Shown in pieces: positions 1 to 11,385 of a stretch of DNA of 64,000 bases. The stretch comes from Enoplolaimus lenunculus (taxonomy: Eukaryota): the NCBI GenBank assembly GCA_030248215.1, contig JASANG010002570.1, positions 372,001-436,000 on the forward strand, read 5' to 3'. Positions within the stretch are counted from its first letter, which is position 1, and the number at the start of each line of letters is the position of its first letter. A model generated the notes under the pieces. The model was not told the DNA's origin. It saw nothing but the letters and a program-made list of their open reading frames with translations, and searched no databases. The position numbers and the translations under genes were made by a program.

Positions 1-39
1 ATTTTTATGACCGGTGTGCAAGGCATTTCAAATGGCTTT

Positions 40-287
40 CACTGTAAATTCCAATGAGTTGATTAATCAAATCAGCTAGCGAGTTGATTATTTCTGAATT
101 AATATCAGTAAACATTTACTCACTCTCAGTTCAGTTAACGTTTACTCTGAGTTAAGTTGACTCTGGATGAGTTGATTAACTAAGAAGGAAAAGAATCAAA
201 TCATAATTCTGAGTTCTGATGGTCTTAACTCAGACTGAGTAATTCAACTCATTCTGTGTTAAAATCAACTCACTGAAATTTACAGTG
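40..287. mobile_element. Palindromic MITE with CACTG...CAGTG termini (CACTA/EnSpm-like)
   Basis: CACTGTAAATT at 40 and AATTTACAGTG ending at 287; internal GAGTT/AACTC repeats in inverted arrangement. Confidence 0.6.
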
Positions 288-1532
288 TACAATCGGGGAT
301 AAAAACTTGTCGAGTGAAAGGAGCAAAATTCTTCTAGTGAACCCAGCCCTGTGACTTTCTCCAGCTACGAGCCCGAGCCCGTAATCAGAGACGCTCGATG
401 TGTTGCAGCCTCGAAAACTTTAGACCCTTCAGTGTTTGCTGCCCACGATGAAAATTGTTTGAGCGTCGACGGGATATTTTTTGGCAGAAACGGTTTTTGA
501 AACAAAATCAGTCTTGTAGTAGCGTTCCGTTACACTAGCGATTCATTTTAGAGTTTCTCAGCTTACAAAAAACGTTTATGAAAAATGCTAATTGAAACGT
601 ACTAAGCGTTTAGCATTTTATGATTTGACATGAGCTGGGTTTCCAAATTGTGACTTAAAAGTTATATTTAAGTAATAAGTTGACGACTTAAAAAACTTTA
701 GTTACGAGCAAAATCAAAGAAACGCCAAATGCAAGCCATTGTCATAACAAGAAAGTAATTGCTTTTCGAAATATTTTAAGAAGGCTCCGTGAGTGTACAA
801 TTTCAATTAGATTAAGGTTAGTATGCCTGAATGGTTAATTTGTTCATCTATCAAATTTAGTAAGCGACTTAAGTATTTACTTAACTTAAGTTAATCTTGT
901 TTTAGAATTTTGGCTTCTTTCCTGCTTGATAGGGGACGTGGACCTGGGTGACCTCTCTTTTTGTCAGCAAGTGTGAATATTTAAAATGCAAGAAAATGAA
1001 ATAAAATGTTCGAAATATACAACACAGGCGAAAAATATCGCACCATCCGATCTTGAGTGTAGGTTTTGCCAAGTTTGGTCCAATGTATTGCACCCTGAAG
1101 GATCCTTTAATTAATATGGGCCTTTTAAACAGTTGGTGTTAAAAAACAATCACCCCGGCCAGCAAGACAAATCCCACTTTATACAAAATCGTCATTTCTT
1201 ATAAATCAACAAGAAAGTATTCAACCATCCATAAAGCTGAATATAAATATATTCTTTGAAAGTATTCTAAATTCTGTATAGCACCTAGTCCAGAGTGAAA
1301 AGTAATAGATTCTGAAAAAATTAAGTACTAAGAATGTTCGTCATCTGAAATTTTGCATAACAGAGAAGATTGAAATAAAAATAACTTTGGGGCTGAACTT
1401 CAAACCTCACACCTATAATTGGTTCATACGTTGCGTGACCTATCGCCAACTAGAAATAGGGGCTATACGAATCTGAGACAATTCGTCGACCGACAATTTT
1501 GTCGCCCAACAGTGTCGTCTAAATCGTATTAA

Positions 1533-1794
1533 CCCCTTCTCACATTGAGTTGCCTATAGGCAACTCAGCGCGGTGTATATACATTAAATAGTATATATCG
1601 TACCGTGTTTAACAATTGCGACACGTATGCATAGTACTAAATCTCCACAAGACGTGAGAGCCCCCTCGGGCTCGAGCATCAAGCTCCTATAGCTGAGTGG
1701 TGATGGTATACGCCTCCCACTCCGATCACTGGAGTTCGAATCCAGCATAAAAGTAGGTCTCAGGGGAAATAGAAAATATCAATGTGAGAAAGGG
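1533..1794. mobile_element. piggyBac-like MITE with TTAA TSD
   Basis: TTAA|CCCCTTCTCACATTGA ... TCAATGTGAGAAAGGG|TTAA. Confidence 0.75.
1683..1747 (+). mobile_element. tRNA-derived (SINE-head-like) sequence inside the piggyBac-like MITE
   Basis: A-box-like TAGCTGAGTGG and B-box-like GGAGTTCGAATCC; cloverleaf incomplete. Confidence 0.55.
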
Positions 1795-1955
1795 TTAATA
1801 AACCTAAGCATAATCCTAAGCGTATTTGTAAACCTAAGCCTAAGCATAATGATGGGCGACGAATTGTCGAGTCGATAATATTTTCAGATTACAAGGTGTC
1901 GGTCGACGAGTTGTCGGGCGACTAATTGTCGTCATACCGTGCTATACATCTGACG

Positions 1956-2164
1956 GCCAAAGAACAGAGCCGGAACAGTACTATAAGCATATTCCTAAGC
2001 CTATTAAGCCTAATCCTAAGCCTAAGCGTAAGAATGAACCTTTACCTAAACCCAAGCGTAAGCCTAAGCTTTAGCCAAAGCAAAAAAATTAGTCTAAAGC
2101 TTAAGATTACTCAATTACAGTCCCGTCAGAAAACGTTACGACCCTGTTCTATACATGCACCCCT
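1956..2164 (-). mobile_element. TTAGGC-bearing MITE, GGGCCCATGTATAGAAC family
   Basis: Reverse-oriented homolog of 7945-8174 with an internal degenerate GCCTAA array. Confidence 0.65.
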
Positions 2165-2348
2165 GTGATAATATTGGTACTTAGATAAGGCTTAGAGTGG
2201 CGCTATAATTTTTTGACTATTTTAACGCCGTTCGGCACCGTACGGGGCAAGCAACATGTATAAATTACCGCATAACATCGCATAACAATTCATACACAAA
2301 TTTTTTTCAACTTTTACGGACGGATAGCGCCGCACGCGACAAGTATAG

Positions 2349-2556
2349 CACTGCAAAAATGGGGAGTCAAATTGACTCTCTCGGAAATAGGCTTTTCCTG
2401 ACTACACAAACTGTGTCAAATTCGACTCCACCAGAGTCAAATATGATTCCTTATGTCGCACATTTGACTCGGGCTTAGTCGAATTTGACTCAGTTTGTGT
2501 AGTTAGGAAAAGTCTATTTCCGAGAGAGTCAATTTGACTCACCATTTTTTACAGAG
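2349..2556. mobile_element. Palindromic CACTG-terminated MITE nested in a Harbinger-like MITE (about 2195-2567)
   Basis: About 90-bp inverted arms (GAGTCAAATTGACTCTCTCGGAAATAG... and its complement); TAG duplicated at both junctions; same family as 34721-34989. Confidence 0.7.
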
Positions 2557-2622
2557 TAGCACCACCTTTAGGTTCGGCGTTTGTATGCCGGCCTACGGCC
2601 AATTAAATTTAAAATTTTTTAT

Positions 2623-4899
2623 TCAGTCTTCAAACGTTTGATACCTCGATAAATGTCGAACTCGTGATGTTTTTTGACTTTGTCGTGACGTTCGCGACGC
2701 AACGCTGACACTTCTATCAGCAGCGCTACGGTTATCGTTATGTAGCAAATCGCCATAAGACGCGTCTAAAAGTCGTTTCGTATCGGCAGTAGATCCGTAA
2801 TCAAAATAGTCTTGTAGTTCGCTTGTTTCGGAGCCATCATCCAGTTCAAACACAACTAACCGTGGAAAGCTGTAAAGTAAAATTGCGTACGAAATGCAAA
2901 TCACTCCGAACGCCACCCCCCAACAGATACGTGGGCCGGCGATTTCAAACAGGGTCGACACAAATACAGGACTTATTGTCATTGCTAAACTGCCTGAAGC
3001 TGTGAAAACACCCTGCCATGTACCTTGGCGTCGTGGTCCAAGAATTTTTGAAAATAATGTACTCGTTGGTGTGAACGCAGTCGAAAATGCAAGCACTAAA
3101 AATACGTACGCGATCAAGTACTGACCCACGCTGATACGTGTTGTGTACGCGCACCATATGTAAATGCAGCCGAGCGCTTGATCGGATGGCGCAGTGGTTG
3201 CGTTTATCGCCAGCGCACGGTCGGTCGAGTTGGCAACGGTCACCGGATCGAATCCCGGCAGTCCTGGCCACGAAAACGATATCAAGAAAAATAACGCGAA
3301 AAACGGAATGCCGACCATAATTGTAGCGCGTTCGTTGACAAATCGCAACAGCCATACGCCGACAAATATGTTGCCGGCGAAATCAATCACACCGGAAACC
3401 GCTTGAATGATTCCGTTGTAAAGTACGGCTTGATTCCGGTCCCAGTCAAACATTGCCATCGTAAACGGTGATCCGATCGTATCTTCGTATACAACACAAA
3501 ATAACATAACAAAACGTACCATAATACAATTGAACGCTGCTAAATGGTCTACAGGGGGTACGGCTTTGTTTTCGCCAGGGGGGAGGATTTTATTTTCACC
3601 AGGGGGGAGGCTTTTGTTTTCACCAGGGGGGAGGATTTTACTTTCACCAGGGGAGAGACTTTTATTTTGTTTCGAGGATGAATTGTGATTTTCTTCAGAC
3701 GATAGGGTCTTGCTTTCAGATGGTTCTTGCCCAGTAGTAGCAAGTTTGGAAGACATTGGTGTCGAATGGTGCATCTCACCTGAGCGTTTACGCGATTTTC
3801 GAGATAATTTTCTGCGGGGTTTGGGGGGTTCTGAAATTGACGGCAGTCGGGTACGAATTGTTTGCCTGTCGGTGTCACTGGGGCCAAATAGTCCTTCGGA
3901 TTCAGTGGCGGTGCCAAGCTGTTGTTCATCTTGAGTTGTCGAATCGTTTCCATCTGTTGCTGTTGTTGTTGTTGCTGTTGTTGTTACGATTTTGGAGTCG
4001 GAAGCTCGAATATCTGGTGATATTTTCAGTTGCTGATGACGGTTTCTGGGGGATCTTGAGATAAGGGGCGAACCGAAATCGAGTGTCTCCTGGTCGGATT
4101 GATAGTTTACTGGTGATAATGGTTCGTCGAACATTGATTTCGACCCTCGTCGTTTGCTAGGAAGAAGTGCTTTTGTTTCGGCATTCTCTACGTGGTTTTC
4201 TTCAGCTATACTTACGTGAAATTCACGGTAAACGGTCATATACAGGATTAAGCAAAGTAGCGAAAATAGCACGCTTACCCACGCTTCTAAAGTATACATA
4301 TCAAGCTGGAGGGGTCCTAAGATAACCCCAGGATAACCAACTGGTGATAACGCAGCAGCGATGCCTGGACCAAGAAGTACCGCTGCAGACAGGGTTGCAG
4401 CTTGGTAACCCATGACTGCATTCCGTTCTTGCAAAGTCGAAGCATGAGCAAGATACGCTTGAGCGACTCCGTTATTGCCGGCTCCAACGCCGGCAATAAA
4501 TCGGGCGGCCAACATAATGAACCGGCGATTTGAAACCGGCCCCGGGATCGCTTCGACAAACGCCATCAGCGTATTCCCGAAAATGTTCACGACGAACCCA
4601 AAAACGATGGGCCATTTTGTGGATCGGAGCCGGTTGGACACAAATCCCAACGCCGGAGCGGAGACGACGGATCCGAGGCTGTACGCCGAAATGATCAGAC
4701 CGAAATAGCTTTCAGGGGTTGTTGGGTCTACTTGACTCAGATACGGCCAAAGCGAAGCCCAGTAGATTGAACTTTGAATGAATGTTGTAAATGTGCCCAG
4801 ATAAGTGATGTAGATGCAGATCCATCGAAGACGGAAGTCGGACTGCGATTCTTCAGGGGGAAACAGCTCTCGAGTGCAAGAACTTCGGGGGGTTCGCAT
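2623..4899 (-). CDS. MFSD8: MFSD8/CLN7-like major facilitator superfamily lysosomal transporter, single coding exon, 758 aa
   Basis: Uninterrupted ORF with two hydrophobic 6-TM halves. MFSD8-like motifs SLWPYLSQVDP..ESYFGLIISAYSLG, ARFIAGVGAGN, TLFSKILGPRRQGTWQG and a luminal GCIYIWC. Dileucine signals ETKALL and DTKRLL and a terminal YQTF. Confidence 0.88.
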   Translation of the reverse strand: MRTPRSSCTRELFPPEESQSDFRLRWICIYITYLGTFTTFIQSSIYWASLWPYLSQVDPTTPESYFGLIISAYSLGSVVSAPALGFVSNRLRSTKWPIVFGFVVNIFGNTLMAFVEAIPGPVSNRRFIMLAARFIAGVGAGNNGVAQAYLAHASTLQERNAVMGYQAATLSAAVLLGPGIAAALSPVGYPGVILGPLQLDMYTLEAWVSVLFSLLCLILYMTVYREFHVSIAEENHVENAETKALLPSKRRGSKSMFDEPLSPVNYQSDQETLDFGSPLISRSPRNRHQQLKISPDIRASDSKIVTTTATTTTATDGNDSTTQDEQQLGTATESEGLFGPSDTDRQTIRTRLPSISEPPKPRRKLSRKSRKRSGEMHHSTPMSSKLATTGQEPSESKTLSSEENHNSSSKQNKSLSPGESKILPPGENKSLPPGENKILPPGENKAVPPVDHLAAFNCIMVRFVMLFCVVYEDTIGSPFTMAMFDWDRNQAVLYNGIIQAVSGVIDFAGNIFVGVWLLRFVNERATIMVGIPFFALFFLISFSWPGLPGFDPVTVANSTDRALAINATTAPSDQALGCIYIWCAYTTRISVGQYLIAYVFLVLAFSTAFTPTSTLFSKILGPRRQGTWQGVFTASGSLAMTISPVFVSTLFEIAGPRICWGVAFGVICISYAILLYSFPRLVVFELDDGSETSELQDYFDYGSTADTKRLLDASYGDLLHNDNRSAADRSVSVASRTSRQSQKTSRVRHLSRYQTFED

Positions 4900-5041
4900 G
4901 ACTTGCTGTTTATATTTAATTGTGCTTCATTATATATTAATTTACGCCATTTTATAATCGTACTTGAGCTGTATAGGTAGAATATACAATCAAAGTAAGG
5001 GCTTATTACTTCTAGGGCCGCGGTTCAACGTTAAGAAAATT

Positions 5042-5223
5042 GGCCCGTGTTAGTTTTAGGGCCGTCCCGGTTTTCGGTTGGTCAGTAGGCTTACATTCTA
5101 GACTACATTTTTTTGCTTAAGTTTAGGCTTAGGTACCGGCTTTGGAACACGCTTTTGCAACGCGTAGGCTTAGGCTTAGGAATACGCTTACCTACTGTTA
5201 CGGCCCCAAAAGTAACTTTGGCT
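5042..5223 (+). mobile_element. TTAGGC-bearing MITE, GGCCAATGTTAC family
   Basis: Collinear reverse complement of 46918-47121; imperfect TIRs and internal TTAGGC units. Confidence 0.6.
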
Positions 5224-7944
5224 ATGAAATTTTCACAAACGACCTTTGTAGTACCACATTTTATACCCTTTCAAAGCGTAGTTGAATGCTACTATGTATC
5301 ACCATACGTTGGCATAAGGGTCCATATTCTAATATGTGTATAGCTACTATCATCAGTTAGGTTTTCAAATTTACGAACTTTTGCACTTGTTCAACTCAGA
5401 ATTGGTGCAACAGTTGAGCAAATTATATGCGACAAATGTGCTGATTTTTGAGCCTTAGTATTTGGTTCGAAAGTAACAAGACCGATCACCAACTAGTGAT
5501 AAAATGCTAAACACATACATATGACAATGCAGGCCATGATCCGAATCTTAGGTTGTCAGAAAACAATTAATTAAGAAGTATTTGCTTCGATTTGAATGTT
5601 TCACGAAAATTGCAGTTTGGTGTTTTAACCATTTCGTAACGAATTGCGCTATATTTCATCAATCCATAGTCTGCATCCGTTGTTTTGTTTGGCGCAGGTT
5701 GCGGAAGGCAACAATGTTAACTGATGGATGGTGAAAGTTTAACAAACATATATGTTACACCGTGACCCATGTAAAGGGGTGGAACGTTTTTCTGTTGGAC
5801 TGGAATACAGTAAGCTTGAGGTTTAGACTAATTTTTTGTCTGACTTAGGCTTAGGCTTTAGGCTTAGGAATATGGGTATAATATTAGTGTTGCGCCCGTG
5901 TTTTTTTTACATTGGCCGATGAGTTTGTATAGTGGAATCTCTGAATTGAAATCGTGACGCTAAAACTTAACAATTGTTTGGAAACCGAATCATTTCTAAA
6001 GGATAATAACGCGTGGTTTATTTGATTCGACAAGTCCTCAAAAACGATTAAAACGATTAAAGTTTGGACGAACTCAAATTAGGAGCACCACGATCCTGTC
6101 GATTGAAATTTAAACCTGCGACCCCGCGACTCTTATGACTTTACGGTCCAAAAATCTGAATACGGAAATGCAGAGCTGGCTTTGTCAGTGCTCTCTACCG
6201 CAGGTGATGTGAAAAGCGGATGTATGAAAACAAAGTAAACTTCCAGCTGATGCTGCACATCAGTTCACGCTGAGGCATACGTGGTACCTTCATATGCAGA
6301 ACCGGTACAAAACATGGAAGAACCAAGATTAATGAGTGTCATGATGGTGTTGTTTAAGGCATTAAAACAGAAAAACCCTTCAGTTAAGTGTGTGAAGCGG
6401 GCGGAGTTCTTGAGAAGTTTCGATCCCATGGCTTATGGCCGATAGATCCCCAGTTCATCGCCCTACCTCTGAACAACGCCGTTTCGCAATCAACTGCGGG
6501 GATTTTCTGTTTTCAGCCTTAGTGGGAACTCCACGTTATTCTCGTACATCTTGGTTCTTCCACGTTTTTACCGCTTCTGCATTTGAACACACCACATATC
6601 AGGCTACAACCGCAGGTCTGCCTTCGGAACCGGCTCCGGCAGAAAATCGGCCTCCGACTCAGGTAGAATTTTTACACCGGAAGTTCCGGTTATTCTCGGT
6701 ATAGTAAAATTTTGCATAATTTTGCAAAATTTATCTGTTTAGCGCGTTTCGTTTTACTTTTGTTACAATTTTCAGGAAAGAAATTGCGAAATTTCGCAGA
6801 AAATTAGCGTAACCCAAACAACTTAACATATTGTAAATATTGGCTAAAACTCACTAATAAACCATCATTTGTACTACTTATTTCGCATCACCTCCGGCTC
6901 CGGCAAGTTTCGTTGTCCTCCGGCTCCGGCCTCCGGTATTTTTCGCCTCCGGCTGCAACCTGCCACATATGCATCAGCGTTAACCGATTTGCAACATCAG
7001 CATAAGGTTTATTTTGCATTCGTGCATCCGAATGTCACAGTGCAAGCGCAAAAATAGCTAGGAACCGTGTCAAAAAATGTGTCAAAATACAGTTCGCTTC
7101 ATACCGGATACTATAGATGGCGATAGGAGCTTATATCCGTTACCGGTAAATTTTGTTGACAGCAAAAAGTATTAAATCAAAATAAACTATAGATATATTT
7201 ACATAGCGAACGCAGTCTAAACTTCTATTATCTACTGATATTCTATATATTTGAAAGCTGTAAACACTGATAAATTGTACTACTGCAGTGAACTTTAACT
7301 GCATAAAAGCATTTATACGTATAAATGCAAAAATAATTGCTAATTGCAAATTGCTATGTGTGCTACAGAACTGAGCGTATCTTGCGCAATATTTGCAGTC
7401 TGCGCATTCTCGATAGCGTCGTTGGTCTTATCAATAATATACGTTTCGTGCAGCTTGTGATTAGACACGACAAATGATACTAAAATTACATGTAAGGATT
7501 AAATACAGAGCCATGCGTAGCGGTCCCGGTCTATAAGACCCCGGGGGGAGGGGTTCTAACAAAGTTTGCAACTGGCGGACAAAATCAATTTTAAAAGCTT
7601 CACATCATTCAAAAGCAAAGTTTGGGGCTCGATCCAACTCGGTTCACCCCACTGAAAACTCCTCGATTCGTCATCGCCAAAGCATCCGTAATCCGGATTT
7701 TGAAGGGCAGCCTGCAGGGGCGTCCGCAGAAAATGGTATCTGAGGGGTCACCGAATGATTTTGGGGGGCTTCTATAATTGCAATTCAAAATCGCATAGTT
7801 TTACACCGTGCTATTTGGGGGGAACAACAAACTTGGGGGGAGGGTACGGCTCCCTCAATGCCCACGTAATCGTCCTCAAACGTGAGTCGTTTTTGCAGTT
7901 CAATGTGATAAGAATGTGTCTCTACGTTGAGGGTACAAAACTTT

Positions 7945-8174
7945 GGGCCCATGTATAGAACAGGGCCGGATCGTTTTCTAAAGGGGCTATAAGAGTCCGT
8001 TTAAGCTTTAGACTATTTTTTCCTTATGCTTAGGTTTAGGCGTAGGCTTAGGCTTAGAAATAGGCTCATCCATACGCTTAGGCTTAGGCTTAGGAATAGG
8101 CTTAGCTGTACGCTTAGGCTTAGGCTTAGGAAGATGCTTATACTACTGTTGCGGATATGTTTTATACACGGGCC
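7945..8174 (+). mobile_element. TTAGGC-bearing MITE, GGGCCCATGTATAGAAC family
   Basis: TIR GGGCCCATGTATAGAAC ... GTTTTATACACGGGCC with a degenerate TTAGGC array at about 8025-8130. Confidence 0.72.
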
Positions 8175-8938
8175 AAACTTTGCATGGTCGAGTAAAAGTG
8201 TGAAGTTGTTCCGTTCAGCTACAAAAACGACAAAAGGAAGCTTACAGCGCATACATGTTTTGGTATAAAATATTGGAAAGGTGTGGTAAACCTTGTAGAA
8301 CAGGAAAAGTTAGACTTCAGTCATTTTCAACAGGCAAACTTAATGCTATTTTTAGCTATTTATATGTAACTATAAAACAAGAGATTAGACAGCTGAGTTG
8401 TCTGCAAATTTATCAAAAACATCCCCCGGTGTCTCCTTTTTGATTTAGTGCAAAACCGACTTAAAGCCAGAGATCAACTCGAAGTTTTAAACGTCTCTAC
8501 CTACAAATGGGCATCGGATATTTTCATATTCAGATATCCGGCAATTGTTGACGGATATTATCCGGATATCCGAAATTAAATGTTCTATTTCGGATATCCG
8601 AAACTCGATTTTACGTTTTTATGGTGTCGTGAAGAGAGTGTAAAACCCCAAATATTGGTAAAATTTTGCTGCAGTACTAAAATGGACGAAACTGCATTTA
8701 ATGTTTTGTCTAATAGGCAGTGTTTGTGAAATATATATTGAACGAAATATTTTTCAAGCTTTTGGTGTCACATTGTTCATGTTGGAAAGCAATATGAGCA
8801 GAGGTTGATCGCTCTTATAATAGAAATCGGCTGGTTTACGCGTGTAAAGTTGCCGGATGGGATTATTATTCAAGCAATATTTATAAGCGCAACGGAAACC
8901 TTATGAATAGTAGACGGTACGGGTCTTATGCTATCAAT

Positions 8939-9528
8939 CAGGGTGCAGCCGGAATTCCGGTTCCGGTAATAAAAATCCGGTATTTTTTCACCGGAATTTT
9001 CCGGTATTTTTGGTATTGAAAACGTTTCTCAGTTGAAAATTTAAGAAAAATTGGCATATATATTATTCTAACTTATTTTTCTAAAATTGCCTGCGCGAGT
9101 ACTTATGCCCCGTCCACAATAACGTGCGTACGGTGTGTAGATTTTTGAAACGTCAATTGACAGTTGACGAATACTAGTTTCAAAAAAAGATTGCGTTGAC
9201 GACTACTATCAAAATTTTATTTCCGTTGACGGCTACTGTTTAAAATTTTGCAAATCTTAAATTTATTTCAAGATTTGCACCAAAATTTAGAGGTGACAAA
9301 AGTCAATCGAAACGCGCTAAACAGCAATAAATTTAGGAAAATTATGCAAACTTTTATTGCCTAAATTGCCGGAACCTTCAGCAAAAATCCTACCGGAGAC
9401 GGAGCCGGAGGCCGATTTTATGCCGGAGCCGGAGGCCGATTTTATGCCGGAGCCGGAGGCTGATTTTATGCCGGAGCCGGAGGCCGAGTTTATGCCGGAG
9501 CCGAAGGCAGACCTCCGATTGTACCCTG
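8939..9528. mobile_element. CAGGGTGCA-terminated hAT-like MITE with internal 24-bp tandem repeat
   Basis: CAGGGTGCAGCCGG ... CCGATTGTACCCTG; about 5 copies of GCCGGAGCCGGAGGCCGATTTTAT at about 9393-9510; no clean TSD. Confidence 0.65.
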
Positions 9529-10099
9529 GTCCTCAGAGTCCATAAAAGAGACCCAAGCAGAACAATGACCTGCGGTGTTCAAATATGTATTAACAGACAC
9601 TCAGACAATTCGCGTAAAATTATTTAATCTAGAAGACAAAAGATTAAAAGACATGGAAATCTGCACAAATGCTTCGGAGCACGTCGGTTCTGAACAAAAA
9701 AGGGACTGTAAAAATGGGTGGATGCGCCCAACTATCATGGAGTGAATTCAAAATGAGTCAGGGTGTTTCATCTGCATAGGCGCAGTAAATATCAGTCCCC
9801 TGGGAATCGAGTCACTACAGTACATGCAGTAATTGTTAAACGCTGTGCACTGTATATAAATTGACGCATGGGGTTCACTCCCAGAACGTAATCGCAACCC
9901 GTCGTCCTGACCATTTTAGTGTCTGCCTGTTACAGGGGAATCTAAACGTAAAACTGGAACTTTTTAAAGCTTAACGCTATATTTATATGTATTCAATTCC
10001 TGGCGGAAATGACTGATCTGGAGATAAACCCCATAAAGCAGAACAATGACCTACAGTACTCAAATTTCCCACTGAAGCGCAGTTTTATTTTCCACGCAT

Positions 10100-10296
10100 C
10101 CATACACTCTTGTACAAATTCTTGGCACCTACTTGTAACGACTGCTACAGCAGTACGAATATTGTGGAGCACCAAATATCTGAAAAACCTTTTGCCGACA
10201 TCGATGACAGAAGATAGGCTTAACGGCCTTGCGTTAACTTTACAGCAATATATTGACATTGACATCGTACGTGTTCTCAAGTTTTCGCAGTTATAG
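10100..10296 (+). pseudogene. Degenerate hAT transposase C-terminal dimerisation-domain fragment
   Basis: LLVTTATAVRILWSTKYLKNLLPTSMTEDRLNGLAL resembles the hAT consensus PVTTATAERSFSxLKxLKxxLRSTMxEERLNGLAL, with the ERxFS core decayed. Confidence 0.7.
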
Positions 10297-11385
10297 ATGG
10301 AACCTTGAACTCTAGTCGCAACAGTATGAACGGTTTTATTTATAGTTGTTGGTTTTATGTTCACGTTTGTGTGATTTTAAGCGTGATTATTTAGCAAATT
10401 GTGCACTGAATAATATCTGGTTACTTGGCTAGTTCCGCGTATGTATTTGATTTTATATTTTTGAAAATTTTTAGTAGCCAAGCCATGCGGGAATTGGAAG
10501 ATAGCTTGGTTTTTCTAGCTTGGAGGTTTCAAACCTAGGCGACGAAATAAAGGTCCTACTACGTCGGAAATTTGCAATATGCTCTGTAAAATTTCTCGAC
10601 TGTCGCGTATAAAATTCAGCCAGACATTGCCGGTCTGCTAATATCTTATGCTTACATTAAATCACTGACGTTTGCTCGGAATGCCTGTGGAGTAAGCCTA
10701 GATATTGAATATGCTTGTCCCTCATATAAACATAAAGTGCGCGACTGTGTTTGCTGGGCGGCAGCATAGATGTCGACGATAAATGTTGAAAAGCTATGGT
10801 GCGCGACCCAGCGGTAGAGTGAACGACTATAGCTCGTAACTTAAAACCGCGTCGCAAATGCTCGTCCAGATGCATAATTTAACAGCATACGTAATTACGT
10901 AATGCTTGATCATGATGATTTCTGTAACTGGAACTTTTGGAGCATACAAATGTATACGAAGAGGTGTCTTGAGTAAGGAACCTTGTGTGATGGAGTGTGC
11001 CGAGTAATCGGCTTCGGCATCTATAATAATCTGTGCTTTTTGTGAGTATTTTCCATCGGCATTGCAAAAATGCGAATTCTTTGTTAATACTTTCTGCACA
11101 TAACAGTTGCTGTGAATGCTATCTTTCGCTTGTTGTCGTATATCGGTGCGTCTGATTAAAGAAACTAATATCGCTCTTTGTATTTGTTTGAAAAAATTAA
11201 TTGAAATGAAATATTCTCATGAAATTATGTACCTAATCGTTTATGGTAGTTAGGGTTTACGTATGCCTTCGCATTCATTATGATTCGGCATATCCCTATG
11301 TGTATAGCAGGTATATACGTATATATATTGCAGTTATTCACTACGTTAGTAAAAATAGCATCACTACTCTGGTACATAATAAGGA

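Noticed and set aside
8013..8268. ORFs with LRLRLR or LSLSLS repeats (also 1926-2168)
   Set aside because: Translations of TTAGGC arrays inside MITEs.
9357..9545. (PEPEADFM)n ORF, or CRISPR-like repeat
   Set aside because: Spacerless 24-bp tandem repeat in a MITE subterminal region; eukaryotic context with no cas genes.
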